Shown here: one piece after another, positions 51,633-64,000 of the stretch
Numbering within the stretch: position 1 is the stretch's first letter
Layout: each line of letters begins with the position of its first letter
Origin: Eledone cirrhosa
Lineage: Eukaryota
Length of the DNA: 64,000 nt
Direction of reading: 5' to 3'
Assembly (NCBI GenBank): GCA_964016885.1
Contig: OZ024763.1
Span: 13,950,001 to 14,014,000, forward strand
Notes under the pieces: model-generated
Database searches by the model: none
What the model was told of the DNA's origin: nothing
Seen by the model: only the letters and a program-made list of their open reading frames with translations
Position numbers and translations under genes: made by a program

Positions 51633-53610
51633 ATAATAATGAAATTATTGTGTACAGTGCTCAGGTGCACTACAACTCATCAAAGGTGCATGTATAGTAC
51701 ATAGGATAATGTACAAATGTCAGGGAAGTGAATAGTATATGAGTCATGATATACACAACAGTTAACAACTGATGCAGTGTCGCAACAGTTAACAACTGAT
51801 GCAGTGTCGCAACAGTTAACAACTGATGCAGTGTCCCAACAGTTAACAACTGATGCAGTGTCCCAACAGTTAACAACTGATGCAGTGGCCCAACAGTTAA
51901 CAACTGATGCAGTGTCCCAACAGTTAACAACTGATGCAGTGTCGCAACAGTTAACAACTGATGCAGTGTCGCAACAGTTAACAACTGATGCAGTGTCCCA
52001 ACAGTTAACAACTGATGCAGTGTCCCAACAGTTAACAACTGATGCAGTGGCCCAACAGTTAACAACTGATGCAGTGTCGCAACAGTTAACTGATGCAGTG
52101 TCGCAACCGTTAACAACTGATGCAGTGTCCCAACAGTTAACAACTGATGCAGTGTCCCAACAGTTAACAACTGATGCAGTGTCGCAACAGTTAACAACTG
52201 ATGCAGTGTCGCAACAGTTAACAACTGATGCAGGTAGCAACAGTTAACAACTGATGCAGTGTCGCAACAGTTAACAACTGATGCAGTGTCGCAACAGTTA
52301 ACAACTGCTGCAGTGTCCCAACAGTTAACAACTGATGCAGTGTCCCAACAGTTAACAACTGATGCACTGTCGCAACAGTTAACAACTGATGCAGTGTCGC
52401 AACAGTTAACAACTGATGCAGTGTCGCAACAGTTAACAACTGATGCAGTGTCGCAACAGTTAACAACTGATGCAGTGTCCCAACAGTTAACAACTGATGC
52501 AGTGTCCCAACAGTTAACAACTGATGCACTGTCGCAACAGTTAACAACTGATGCAGTGTCGCAACAGTTAACAACTGATGCACTGTCGCAACAGTTAACA
52601 ACTGATGCAGTGTCGCAACAGTTAACAACTGATGCAGTGTCGCAACAGTTAACAACTGATGCAGTGTCGCAACAGTTAACAACTGATGCAGTGTCCCAAC
52701 AGTTAACAACTGATGCAGTGTCCCAACAGTTAACAACTGATGCACTGTCGCAACAGTTAACAACTGATGCAGTGTCGCAACAGTTAACAACTGATGCAGT
52801 GTCCCAACAGTTAACAACTGATGCAGTGTCCCAACAGTTAACAACTGATGCACTGTCGCAACAGTTAACAACTGATGCACTGTCGCAACAGTTAACAACT
52901 GATGCACTGTCGCAACAGTTAACAACTGATGCAGTGTCGCAACAGTTAACAACTGATGCAGTGTCGCAACCGTTAACAACTGATGCAGTGTCGCAACAGT
53001 TAACAACTGATGCAGTGTCGCAACAGTTAACAACTGATGCACTGTCGCAACAGTTAACAACTGATGCAGTGTCGCAACAGTTAACAACTGATGCAGTGTC
53101 CCAACAGTTAACAACTGATGCAGTGTCCCAACAGTTAACAACTGATGCAGTGTCCCAACAGTTAACAACTGATGCACTGTCGCAACAGTTAACAACTGAT
53201 GCAGTGTCCCAACAGTTAACAACTGATGCACTGTCGCAGCAGTTAACAACTGATGCACTGTCGCAACAGTTAACAACTGATGCAGTGTCGCAACAGTTAA
53301 CAACTGATGCAGTGTCGCAACAGTTAACAACTGATGCAGTGTCGCAACCGTTAACAACTGATGCAGTGTCGCAACAGTTAACAACTGATGCAGTGTCGCA
53401 ACCGTTAACAACTGATGCAGTGTCGCAACAGTTAACAACTGATGCAGTGTCGCAACAGTTAACAACTGATGCAGGTAGCAACAGTTAACAACTGATGCAG
53501 TGTCGCAACAGTTAACAACTGATGCACTGTCGCAACAGTTAACAACTGATGCAGGTAGCTTGTTCCATGCTTCAGCAACTCTCAGCACGAAAAAATGCTT
53601 CCAAAAGTCA
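51628..53610 (-). mobile_element. CR1-type LINE 3' end with an internal 24-bp tandem expansion
   Basis: KHFFVLRVAEAWNKLPASVVNCCD (CR1 ORF2 C-terminus), about 75 copies of GCATCAGTTGTTAACTGTTGCGAC variants, then 3' UTR gtagtgcacctgagcactgtac and a (TTA)n tail. Confidence 0.85.
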
Positions 53611-53699
53611 TGTATATATATATACTCATACAAATATATATGTATGTACATACAGATATTCACACACACACACACACACATATATATATACAACACTAT

Positions 53700-56600
53700 A
53701 CACACAGTAAGACAGTATATATGTACACACATCCACATTATATACACACACACCACACAGTAAGACAGTATATATACACACACACCACACAGTAAGACAG
53801 TAAATATATACACACACACACCACACAGTAAGACAGTAAATATATATACACACAGTAAGACAGTATATATACACACACACACCACACAGTAAGACAGTAT
53901 ATATATATACACACACACACCACACAGTAAGACAGTATATATATATACACACACACACCACACAGTAAGACAGTATATATATATACACACACACACCACA
54001 CAGTAAGACAGTAAATATATATACACACAGTAAGACAGTATATATACACACACACACCACACAGTAAGACAGTATATATATATACACACACACACCACAC
54101 AGTAAGACAGTATATATATACACACACACACCACACAGTAAGACTATATATATATACACACACACCACACAGTAAGACAGTAAATATATATACACACAGT
54201 AAGACAGTATATATACACACACACACAACACAGTAAGACAGTATATATATACACACACACACCACACAGTAAGACAGTATATATATATATACACACAGAC
54301 ACCACACAGTAAGACAGTATATATATACACACACACACCACACAGTAAGACAGTATATATATACACACACACACCACACAGTAAGACAGTATATATATAT
54401 ATACACACACACACCACACAGTAAGACAGTATATATATATACACACACACCACACAGTAAGACAGTATATATATACACACACACACACCACACAGTAAGA
54501 CAGTATATATATATACACACACACACCACACAGTAAGACAGTATATATACACACACACCACACAGTAAGACAGTATATATATACACACACACACCACACA
54601 GTAAGACAGTATATATATATATACACACACACACCACACAGTAAGACAGTATATATACACACACACCACACAGTAAGACAGTATATATATACACACACAC
54701 ACCACACAGTAAGACAGTATATATATATATACACACACACACCACACAGTAAGACAGTATATATATACACACACACCACACAGTAAGACAGTATATATAT
54801 ACACACACACACCACACAGTAAGACAGTATATATATACACACACACACCACACAGTAAGACAGTATATATATACACACACACACCACACAGTAAGACAGT
54901 ATATATATATACACACACACACCACACAGTAAGACAGTAAATATATACACACACACCACACAGTAAGACAGTAAATATATACACACACACCACACAGTAA
55001 GACAGTATATATATATATACACACACACCACACAGTAAGACAGTAAATATATACACACACACCACACAGTAAGACAGTATATATATACACACACACCACA
55101 CAGTAAGACAGTATATATATACACACACACACCACACAGTAAGACAGTATATATATACACACACACACCACACAGTAAGACAGTATATATATATATACAC
55201 ACACACCACACAGTAAGACAGTAAATATATACACACACACCACACAGTAAGACAGTATATATATACACACACACCACACAGTAAGACAGTATATATATAC
55301 ACACACACACCACACAGTAAGACAGTATATATATACACACACACACCACACAGTAAGACAGTATATATATATATACACACACACCACACAGTAAGACAGT
55401 AAATATATACACACACACCACACAGTAAGACAGTAAATATATACACACACACCACACAGTAAGACAGTATATATATACACACACACCACACAGTAAGACA
55501 GTATATATATACACACACACACACCACACAGTAAGACAGTAAATATATACACACACACCACACAGTAAGACAGTATATATATATATACACACACACACCA
55601 CACAGTAAGACAGTAAATATATACACACACACCACACAGTAAGACAGTATATATATACACACACACCACACAGTAAGACAGTATATATATACACACACAC
55701 CACACAGTAAGACAGTATATATATATATACACACACACCACACAGTAAGACAGTATATATATACACACACACACCACACAGTAAGACAGTATATATATAC
55801 ACACACACCACACAGTAAGACAGTATATATATACACACACACCACACAGTAAGACAGTATATATATATACACACACACACACCACACAGTAAGACAGTAT
55901 ATATATATACACACACACACACCACACAGTAAGACAGTATATATATATACACACACACACACCACACAGTAAGACAGTATATATATATATACACACACAC
56001 ACCACACAGTAAGACAGTATATATATATATACACACACACACCACACAGTAAGACAGTATATATATACACACACACACCACACAGTAAGACAGTATATAT
56101 ATATACACACACACACCACACAGTAAGACAGTATATATATACACACACACACCACACAGTAAGACAGTAAATATATATACACACACACCACACAGTAAGA
56201 CAGTATATATATATATACACACACACCACACAGTAAGACAGTATATATATATACACACACACACCACACAGTAAGACAGTAAATATATACACACACACCA
56301 CACAGTAAGACAGTATATATATACACACACACACACCACACAGTAAGACAGTATATATATACACACACACCACACAGTAAGACAGTATATATATATACAC
56401 ACACACACCACACAGTAAGACAGTATATATATACACACACACCCCACACAGTAAGACAGTATATATATATACACACACACACCACACAGTAAGACAGTAT
56501 ATATACACACACACACCACACAGTAAGACAGTATATATACACACACACACCACACAGTAAGACAGTAAATATATACACACACACACCACACAGTAAGACA

Positions 56601-57312
56601 GTATATATATACACACACACCCCACACAGTAAGACAGTATATATATATACACACACACACCACACAGTAAGACAGTAAATATATACACACACACACCACA
56701 CAGTAAGACAGTAAATATATACACACACACACACACCACACAGTAAGACAGTATATATATATACACACACACCACACAGTAAGACAGTAAATATATACAC
56801 ACACACACCACACAGTAAGACAGTATATATATATACACACACACCACACAGTAAGACAGTAAATATATACACACACACACCACACAGTAAGACAGTATAT
56901 ATATATACACACCCACACCACACAGTAAATATGTATACACACAGTAAGACAGTATATATATACACACACCACACAGTAAGACAGTATATATACACACACA
57001 CCACACAGTAAGACAGTAAATATATATACACACACACACCACACAGTAAGACAGTATATATATATACACACACACACCACACAGTAAGACAGTATATATA
57101 TATACACACACACACACCACACAGTAAGACAGTATATATATATACACACACACACCACACAGTAAGACAGTATATATATATACACACACACACCACACAG
57201 TAAATATGTATACACACAGTAAGACAGTATATATATATACACACATACACCACACAGTAAGACAGTAAATATATACACACACCACACACCACACAGTAAG
57301 ACAGTAAATATA
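53700..57312. repeat. Compound satellite CACACAGTAAGACAG(TA)n(CA)n, about 100 units
   Basis: Source of the spurious >1000-aa ORFs. Confidence 0.95.
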
Positions 57313-57600
57313 TATCATCATCATCATCATCCTTTGACTCCTCTGTGGGCAGTCGGAACTCTGTTGACAATCCCTTTCCACACTGTTCAGTCCTGCATTG
57401 CTGTCCCCTTATGTCCCCTTATGTCCAGCCCTGAGTGCCGAGCTATGGTGTCTGGGAAAGTCAGTTTTTGTGAATAGACACATCGAGAGGGATGCCACAG
57501 GAGAGATGAAATGATTTCTTTGTCGGCTCAATGACAGTGACCAGCAGACTGTAGTCTTTTTGGCTTGAGTCTGCCCTACATCATCTTGTCAAGATGGTGT
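57313..57600 (-). mobile_element. RTE-X-like LINE 3' end
   Basis: KRLQSAGHCH*ADKEIISSLLW...KLTFPDTIARHSGLDIR...AMQD*TVWK, then a (GAT)n tail. Confidence 0.75.
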
Positions 57601-57901
57601 AGGACAGAACAAAGGAAAGATACAAAATAACAAATTAGTCACTGAGGAGGCCACAGAATGTGTGATGAAAGAGCTTTGACAATATATAAACAATCTTCCG
57701 GTTATTGAACCAACCAACCGGAAATTTATAAAAAATTGAAGTGAAAACCAACAAGTGCCTGTGTTTTAATTGGCAGCATGACCCTCCCAAAGTATAACAA
57801 TATCTGTTTCAACACACGTTTTCAGATAAGAAATCTCGCAGAACAAATTCAAAAACGAATTATATATGATGATGATGATGATATATATATATGTAGCTTA
57901 C

Positions 57902-58053
57902 CTGTAAGAGAGAAAACTGTCCTCTTCCTCTTCTTCATCAGTCTCCACACTCTCTTCCAGAGCTGCCTGTAAACCTGATATCCTCTTAAAAGCCAACTTT
58001 AGGTCAGACTGACTCTGGTCATAGTCTATTTCTAAATCTGTTAACCGACTTTC
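57902..58053 (-). CDS. MYO18A: Myosin XVIII-like tail exon, end of the coiled coil
   Basis: 152 nt, phase 0/2; ESRLTDLEIDYDQSQSDLKLAFKRISGLQAALEESVETDEEEEEDSFLSY contains the myosin-18 motif DLKLAFKRI..LQAA. Confidence 0.93.
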
Positions 58054-58197
58054 CTGAAAAAGACAAACACAAAAATACATATATACATTTAGGTAACAAG
58101 GGCACAGTTTATAAGGACACAAAGTCACATTAGAAAGGAAGGTATTTACTTCGAACTAGTGCACATGCCCCAACAAACGTGTTTGTATGTATATAAA

Positions 58198-58699
58198 GAC
58201 CCCCCTTCGGTCACGAATGACTGTGGGATTTTCACCTAGAAACTTTCCCTCTGAGGCACAAGTCCGGGCAAGGTTGTTTGTGGAAGACCAGCAAGTCGCC
58301 CATGCATACCAATCTCTCCCCTCTCCATGCCACTGATGTTGTCCAAGGGAAAGGGAATGGCCGATACAGCTTGGCACCAGTGACGTCACAACTCGTTACA
58401 AGGAAAATGTGAAGTTGTAGATGTTAAAGAGTCCTTTATTCATAAGGACGTGATACGTATTTCAATGGTGACAGTGGCCACATGATTTCATGCAACCAGT
58501 GCATACCAGTCTCCTCTCTCCATGCCACCGATGTTGTCCAAGGGAAAGCAAATGGCCGATACAGCTTGGCACCAGTGACGTCACAACTTGTTACAAGGAA
58601 AATGTAAAGTTGTTGTAGATGTTAAAGAGTCCTTTATTTATAAGGCCGTCATACGTATTTCAATGGTGACAGTGGCCACACGATTTCATGCAACCAGTG
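58198..58699 (-). mobile_element. SINE family D fragment with a tandem duplication of about 197 bp
   Basis: 58304-58500 is repeated at 58501-58699. Confidence 0.75.
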
Positions 58700-58802
58700 C
58701 CCTGATCTCATCAGACAGCTTCATTGTGTAAAAAAGGTTATGTTCTCGAGACAATCCAAACAATAACGGCAAGGGTACGGACAAAAGTAATGTGTGTATT
58801 AC

Positions 58803-58988
58803 CAGTTCCTGTTTCTTGTGGTTAGTCTCCAATTCTCTCTTCTGCAGTTCCCCAGTCTCCTCACGAATATCTCTCATTTGTCGTTGAAGTTTCTTCTGTC
58901 TTTCCTCGGCCTGATGTTTCAGCTCGGCCACTCGATCACGTTCCTCCATCACTTTCTCCAATTGTTCCTTCATTCGAGTCAAGTTTGA
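58803..58988 (-). CDS. MYO18A: Myosin XVIII-like tail exon
   Basis: 186 nt, ttttcag/gtaata; SNLTRMKEQLEKVMEERDR...KKLQRQMRDIREETGELQKRELETNHKKQEL resembles MYO18A RLKENMEKLTEERD...LQRQLRD...KKHEL (recalled). Confidence 0.92.
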
Positions 58989-59117
58989 CTGAAAATACAA
59001 CACATAACACATAAATACAGTCATATATATATACATATATAAGATATATATAAAATATATATACATATATAATACATATATAATACATATATAATATATA
59101 TATAATACATATATAAG

Positions 59118-59325
59118 GAACGATCGACTTTCGTCAAATCGGACCGAAGGAACAATGTTTCCGTTGGTCTTTCCAATTGCTAATACTATCTATCGGTCGC
59201 AACTCCAGGTAGAAGGAGCAACGTGAAATAAAGTGTCTTGCTCAAGGACATAACGCATCGCCTGGTCCAGGAATCGAACTCACAACCTTACAATTGCGAA
59301 TCCAATTCTCTAACCACTCAGCCAC
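59118..59325 (-). mobile_element. SINE family B variant
   Basis: tRNA head (tggctgagtgg, agttcgattcc), CORE-like tccttgagcaagacactttatttcacgttgctcc; tail also present at 14482-14580. Confidence 0.8.
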
Positions 59326-59384
59326 TTTTTATACATATATATACATATATAATATATATATAAAATATATATACATATATAATA

Positions 59385-59534
59385 CGTGGCAAAGGCGGAG
59401 CAAGCCCCTAACTCTTCGCCAAATTCTAAAAATCAGTTTAATATCGATGGTCCCATATAGGGACCATATCAGATATTAAGCTGATAAGAACAGATACTAC
59501 ACTTTGATCTTAGCCAAAAGGCCGAGAAGCAGAT
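59385..59534 (-). pseudogene. U2: U2 snRNA copy, 3'-truncated (no stem-loop IV)
   Basis: Minus strand reads ATCTGCTTCTCGGCCTTTTGGCTAAGATCAAAGTGTAGTATCTGTTCTTATCAGCTTAATATCTGAT...AAACTGATTTTTAG(Sm site)...GGGGCTTGCTCC...GCCACG; branch-point pairing GTAGTA is intact; ends about 40 nt early in a TA tract. Confidence 0.9.
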
Positions 59535-59763
59535 AATTGCTGGCCTTGTGCCAAAAGTAGAAACAATTATTTGATAAATGACAACTCCGTCACTCAATAT
59601 CACCTTCCTGGGATATACTACTGATGTGGAGTGCTTTGGCCTGTTAGGACCTGCTTATCATCAGGAAGTTGCTACATAACTACTAAGATAAACAACACTC
59701 TTGTACATCTATATATACGTACACATACAACTATAGTCACACACACACACACAGTGGTATATA

Positions 59764-60770
59764 CACACACTACAGCCACACACCCCTACAGCCACACACA
59801 CCACCACAGCCACACACACCCCTACAGCCACACACACCACCACTACAGCCACACACGCAACTACAGCCACACACACCCCTACAGCCACACACACAACTAC
59901 AGCCACACACACCCCTACAGCCACACACACCCCTACATCCATACACACAACTACATCCATACACACAACTACAGCCACACACACCCCTACAGCCACACAC
60001 ACAACTACAGCCACACACACCACTACATCCATACACACCACCACTACAGCCACACACGCAACTACAGCCACACACACCCCTACAGCCACACACACAACTA
60101 CAGCCACACACACCCCTACAGCCACACACACCCCTACATCCATACACACAACTACATCCATACACACAACTACAGCCACACACACCCCTACAGCCACACA
60201 CACAACTACAGCCACACACACCACTACATCCATACACACCCCTACATCCATACACACCACTACAGCCACACACACCCCTACAGCCACACACACCCCTACA
60301 TCCATACACACAACTACATCCATACACACAACTACAGCCACACACACCCCTACAGCCACACACACAACTACAGCCACACACACCCCTACAGCCACACACA
60401 CCCCTACATCCATACACACCACTACAGCCACACACACAACTACAGCCACACACACCACCACTACAGCCACATACACCACCACTACAGCCACACACACCAC
60501 CACTACAACCACACACACCACCACTACTACAGCCACACCACCACTACAGCCACACACCACCACTACAGCCACACACACCACCACTACAGCCACACACACC
60601 ACCACTACAGCCACACACACCACCACTACAGCCACACACACCACCACTACAGCCACACACACCACCACTACAGCCACACACCACCACCACTACAGCCACA
60701 CACACGACTACAGCCACACACACCACAACTACAGCCACACACCACCACCACTACAACCACACACATACAT
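59764..60770. repeat. 18-21 bp CA-rich minisatellite (CTACAGCCACACACAC..)
   Basis: Direct inspection. Confidence 0.95.
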
Positions 60771-60791
60771 ATAAGACATTGTCCAACTTAC

Positions 60792-60929
60792 CTCTACGCG
60801 GTGTTTAGTTGAAGCCTCCAGTTCCAGTCGTGACTCCACCTCCCTCACTTTACTCTCCAGTCGAGATGCCTGCATTTTACTGACTGTTTCACCTTCAACA
60901 CACTCTACTTTACTGGTCAGACTGGAAAT
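60792..60929 (-). CDS. MYO18A: Myosin XVIII-like tail exon
   Basis: 138 nt, ccag/gtaagt; ISSLTSKVECVEGETVSKMQASRLESKVREVESRLELEASTKHRVE resembles the MYO18A segment SRQEAKIRELETRLEFE (recalled). Confidence 0.9.
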
Positions 60930-61179
60930 CTGGCAATTACAGACGGACAAATATATATATACACACACACACACACAAAAACAACTAAGAAGAAGAAGAA
61001 GAAGAAGATATAAATGTAGAAGAAGACAAAGAAGAGGAGGAGGAAGTAGATGTGGGAGAAGAGTAGAAAGAAAAACAAGCAATGAATAACAAAATCCAAA
61101 ATGGCTGCCGGGTCTAGTGTTGGGCTTGCGCAGACATACATATAGATGGACAGTTTGGTTTTCAACACTTTACTTTATC

Positions 61180-61715
61180 ATTATCATCACCCTTTTACGT
61201 CCGTTCTTCCATGCTAGCATGGGTTAGACGGGTTGTCCTATTGTGGGCAGTGTCCGGTCGGCTGACCATGTCTTGCTCATACGGGAACCGATTCTGGCTT
61301 GATTTCTACAGCTGGATGCCCTTCCTAACACCAACCTCATTTACAGTGAGTGCTGGGTGCTTTTTTTTTCTGTGGCGCCTACACGTCCACTTTACAGTGT
61401 GGGCTGGGTGCTTTTTTGTTGTGGCACCTCCACGACCCCTTTACAGTGTGGGCTGGGTGCATTTTTGTTGTGGCACTTCCACGACCACTTTGCAGTGTGG
61501 GCTGGGTGCTTTTTTTGCCGTGGCACCTCCACAATCACTTTGCAGTGGAATGATATGGACCCCAGTCCCTATCATCTCATTTCTACAGCTGAGTAAACTG
61601 GAGCAATGTGAAATAAAGTGTCTTGCTCAAGGAAACAACCCATCACCCGGTCTGAGAATTGAACTCGCAACCTTTCGATTGCAAGCCACAATGCTCTAAC
61701 CACTAAACCATGCTC
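61180..61715 (-). mobile_element. Full-length SINE family C (tRNA head, CORE-like body, RTE tail)
   Basis: Head tggtttagtgg...gagttcaattc, body ggttggtgttaggaagggcatccagctgtagaaa, tail cgtctaacccatgctagcatgg. Confidence 0.85.
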
Positions 61716-61804
61716 TTTCTTATATATTAGACAGACATATCATATATAACTACAGCTTATAGTATGTGTGTTACTAGGTAAATGCATTTATTATGAGGTA
61801 AATG

Positions 61805-62122
61805 TGTCAATCACTAGATGGGAGTGTCTATTACTAGATGGGTGTGTCTAATACTAGATGGGTGTGTCTAATACTAGATGGGTGTGTCAATCATTAGGTG
61901 GGTGTGTTTATTACAAGATGGGAGTCTATTACTAGGTGGGTATGTCTATCTCCAAATGTCAATCACTAGGTAGGTATGTCTGTTACTAGATGGGTGTGTC
62001 TATTACTAGATGGGTGTGTCTATTACTAGGTGGGTGTTTCTATTACTAGGTGGGTGTGTTTATCACCAGGTAAGTTTGTCTATTACTATGTAGTTTGTCA
62101 ATACCTAGGTAGGTGTGTCTAT
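61805..62122. repeat. 20-bp minisatellite (TATTACTAGATGGGTGTGTC)
   Basis: About 15 imperfect units. Confidence 0.9.
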
Positions 62123-62142
62123 AAACAAGAACAATGACTTAC

Positions 62143-62226
62143 CTCAGACTTCAGTCGTTCATTCTCAGCCTGGAGTTCATCATTCTGTCGTAGATGTTCT
62201 GATATGGCCATTTGGTCAACTGTTTG
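62143..62226 (-). CDS. MYO18A: Myosin XVIII-like coiled-coil tail exon (most 5' exon recognised in window)
   Basis: tttttag acceptor, gtaagt donor; 84 nt, phase 0/0; QTVDQMAISEHLRQNDELQAENERLKSE, heptad-like and in frame with the downstream exons. Confidence 0.8.
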
Positions 62227-62882
62227 CTAAAAACAACAATATACACACACATATATATATATATATATACACACATGGACACATGTAATGTAATGTAATA
62301 TATATATATATATATATATGGTTATATATATATATATATAACCATATATATATGGTTATATATATAAAAGAAAATGAGGGGGTTTTTTTTAAATGAAAAA
62401 AAAAAGAGATGTCCTACACGAGTGAAAGTATAAGGAATAAAGATGAAATCGAAAATGCAACTGGAGTCTTTTTAAGAATATTTATTTGTTTCCTTTACTA
62501 GTTTCGTAGGATTTTCCTCGTATTTGGCTGGTGTTCGAATGTTACTTCGGTTTTATGTGGAAAAAAGTGGTTCGGAATGGCTCTTTAGAAAATTAATTTG
62601 GTTGGTCGATGACTCTAACATGAATAAGTAAAATAAATTTTGTGCCAGTTCGTGTTACAAAGTTCTTATTGTATTTGCCTTTAAAAAAACGGGGCTCAGG
62701 TTGTTTTTTCATATATAAGTCAAATTTGGTTGGTTGATGCAGTCACGTGAATAAGCGCAGCAACTATCGTACCAGTTCATGTTTGTGGGTTCTTTATTGT
62801 CATTTTCACTTAAAAAATTAGCTCGAAAATGTTGTTTCTTTATAAATGTAATTTGATTGGTTATGACTGTCTTGTGAATAAG

Positions 62883-63038
62883 TACATTAAATTTTGCGCC
62901 AGTTCCAGTTCGTATTTGGGGGTTCTTTGTAGCCTACATTAAATTTCGCGCCAGTTCCAGTTCGTATTTGGGGGTTCTTTGTAGCCTACATTAAATTTCG
63001 CGCCAGTTCCAGTTCGTATTTGGGGGTTCTTTGTAGCC
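62883..63038. repeat. Three copies of a 52-bp repeat inside older ~125-bp repeats (62590-62930)
   Basis: tacattaaatttcgcgccagttccagttcgtatttgggggttctttgtagcc. Confidence 0.85.
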
Positions 63039-63786
63039 GTTTTCACAGTCACATGATTTGTCTTAGAGAGTTTTGTGCCAAACAATAGATAATGGTCAAG
63101 AAAAAAGGGATGGGGAGAATTGTTCTGGTTCAGTGAGTATGCTTGATGTGCTGAGGTGTCAAAATTCAGCCTTTCTATTGAAATAAAGAAAATAGAGATA
63201 TATATTTTTATTTGTGCTCTGGTGTGTGTGTGTGTGTGTATAGGAAAATGATTCCATTAGTAGAAATTGAAAAGGGAGTTAGGTGTGTATGGGTGTTATG
63301 TGTTTGTGTGTGTGTGTGGGGGGGGTATGGTTAGCATGTTAAGGTGGCAACAGGGTAGAGAATATGTGTGTAGGAAAAAGATTCCATTAGTAGAAATGGG
63401 GGAGAGAGTTGTGTGTGTGTGTGTGGGGGGGGGGGGGTATGGTTAGTATGTTAAGGTCTATTTAGCTCTGGTTTTTATTTTCGAATATAGAAGAGGGTGT
63501 TATGTGTCTGTATGTATGTATGTATGTATGTGTCTGTTTGGATGGTTAGCATGTTATCGTGTTAACATATTAATGTATATATATTAAACTATATTTAATG
63601 CTGGTCTATATTTTTGAATAAACATATTTTCCTTATTTATTCGTATTTGGTTTGTTGTATTGTCAGTGCAATAAAATGGGAAGACTTGGAATTTGGGTGT
63701 CTTATCACTTGCGCATATGTCTAGATGTGCACTGAGTGGTATCTGTCTTGTGGTAGATATATATATATCTATATATCTATATATAT

Positions 63787-63990
63787 ATATTCATTTTATT
63801 ATGGCTAAAGAGTGAGTCTTGTTACTCTGGAATTTCACCTGTTTATCACAGGGTCATCAACTTGTCTGATGACCCTGTGATAAACAGGCCAAACTCAAGA
63901 GTAACAAGACTCACTCTTTAGCCATAATAAAATGAATATTAAAACTCTACTTCAGTATTGAGTACTCTTTTCTCTCAGCTGTCAACCACA
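63787..63990. mobile_element. Penelope-like palindrome (73-bp arms) with a type I hammerhead fold
   Basis: Arms 63787-63859 and 63867-63939; cttgt-CTGATGA-ccctgtgataaacaggc-CAAA-ctcaagag-TA-acaag at 63861-63908; gtattgagtac flank. Confidence 0.7.
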
Positions 63991-64000
63991 TATGGATATA

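Noticed and set aside
51670-54134. Cys-rich 603/638-aa and Gln/Thr-rich 409-aa ORFs
   Set aside because: 24-bp expansion inside a CR1 3' end, open on both strands
53626-57381. ORFs of 1047-1251 aa and a repeat-spacer pattern
   Set aside because: Compound microsatellite open in all three minus frames; lies within a myosin intron
59385-59534. Functional U2 gene
   Set aside because: Lacks the 3' stem-loop IV, has an extra base near the 5' end, and its upstream flank is a SINE tail rather than an snRNA promoter
59631-60812. Metallothionein-like (CGC) and His-rich ORFs
   Set aside because: CA-rich minisatellite inside a myosin intron

Overview
Eukaryotic, very repeat-rich animal DNA, most likely a cephalopod (Octopus-like), inferred from the SINE families and the abundant (TA)n/(CA)n tracts. 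The one solid protein-coding gene is the 3' end of an unconventional myosin XVIII (MYO18A-like) on the minus strand. Six coding exons lie at 62143-62226, 60792-60929, 58803-58988, 57902-58053, 49131-49294 and 47478-47497, with consistent GT-AG phases and the motif DLKLAFKRI. One of its introns holds a 3'-truncated U2 snRNA copy. The rest is tRNA-derived SINEs, fragments of RTE, CR1, L1/Tx1 and Gypsy elements, MITEs, Penelope-like palindromes with hammerhead-ribozyme cores, many minisatellites (several demonstrably born from TEs) and two local segmental duplications. The least explained signals are (i) arrays of tRNA-like Pol III units with a conserved upstream TATA-containing flank at 12.4-19.7 kb and (ii) a chain of minus-strand candidate exons at 0.7-23 kb that end in ATG at the splice donor. 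All long ORFs in the supplied track are repeat artefacts. Family assignments come from motif recall, not database searches.
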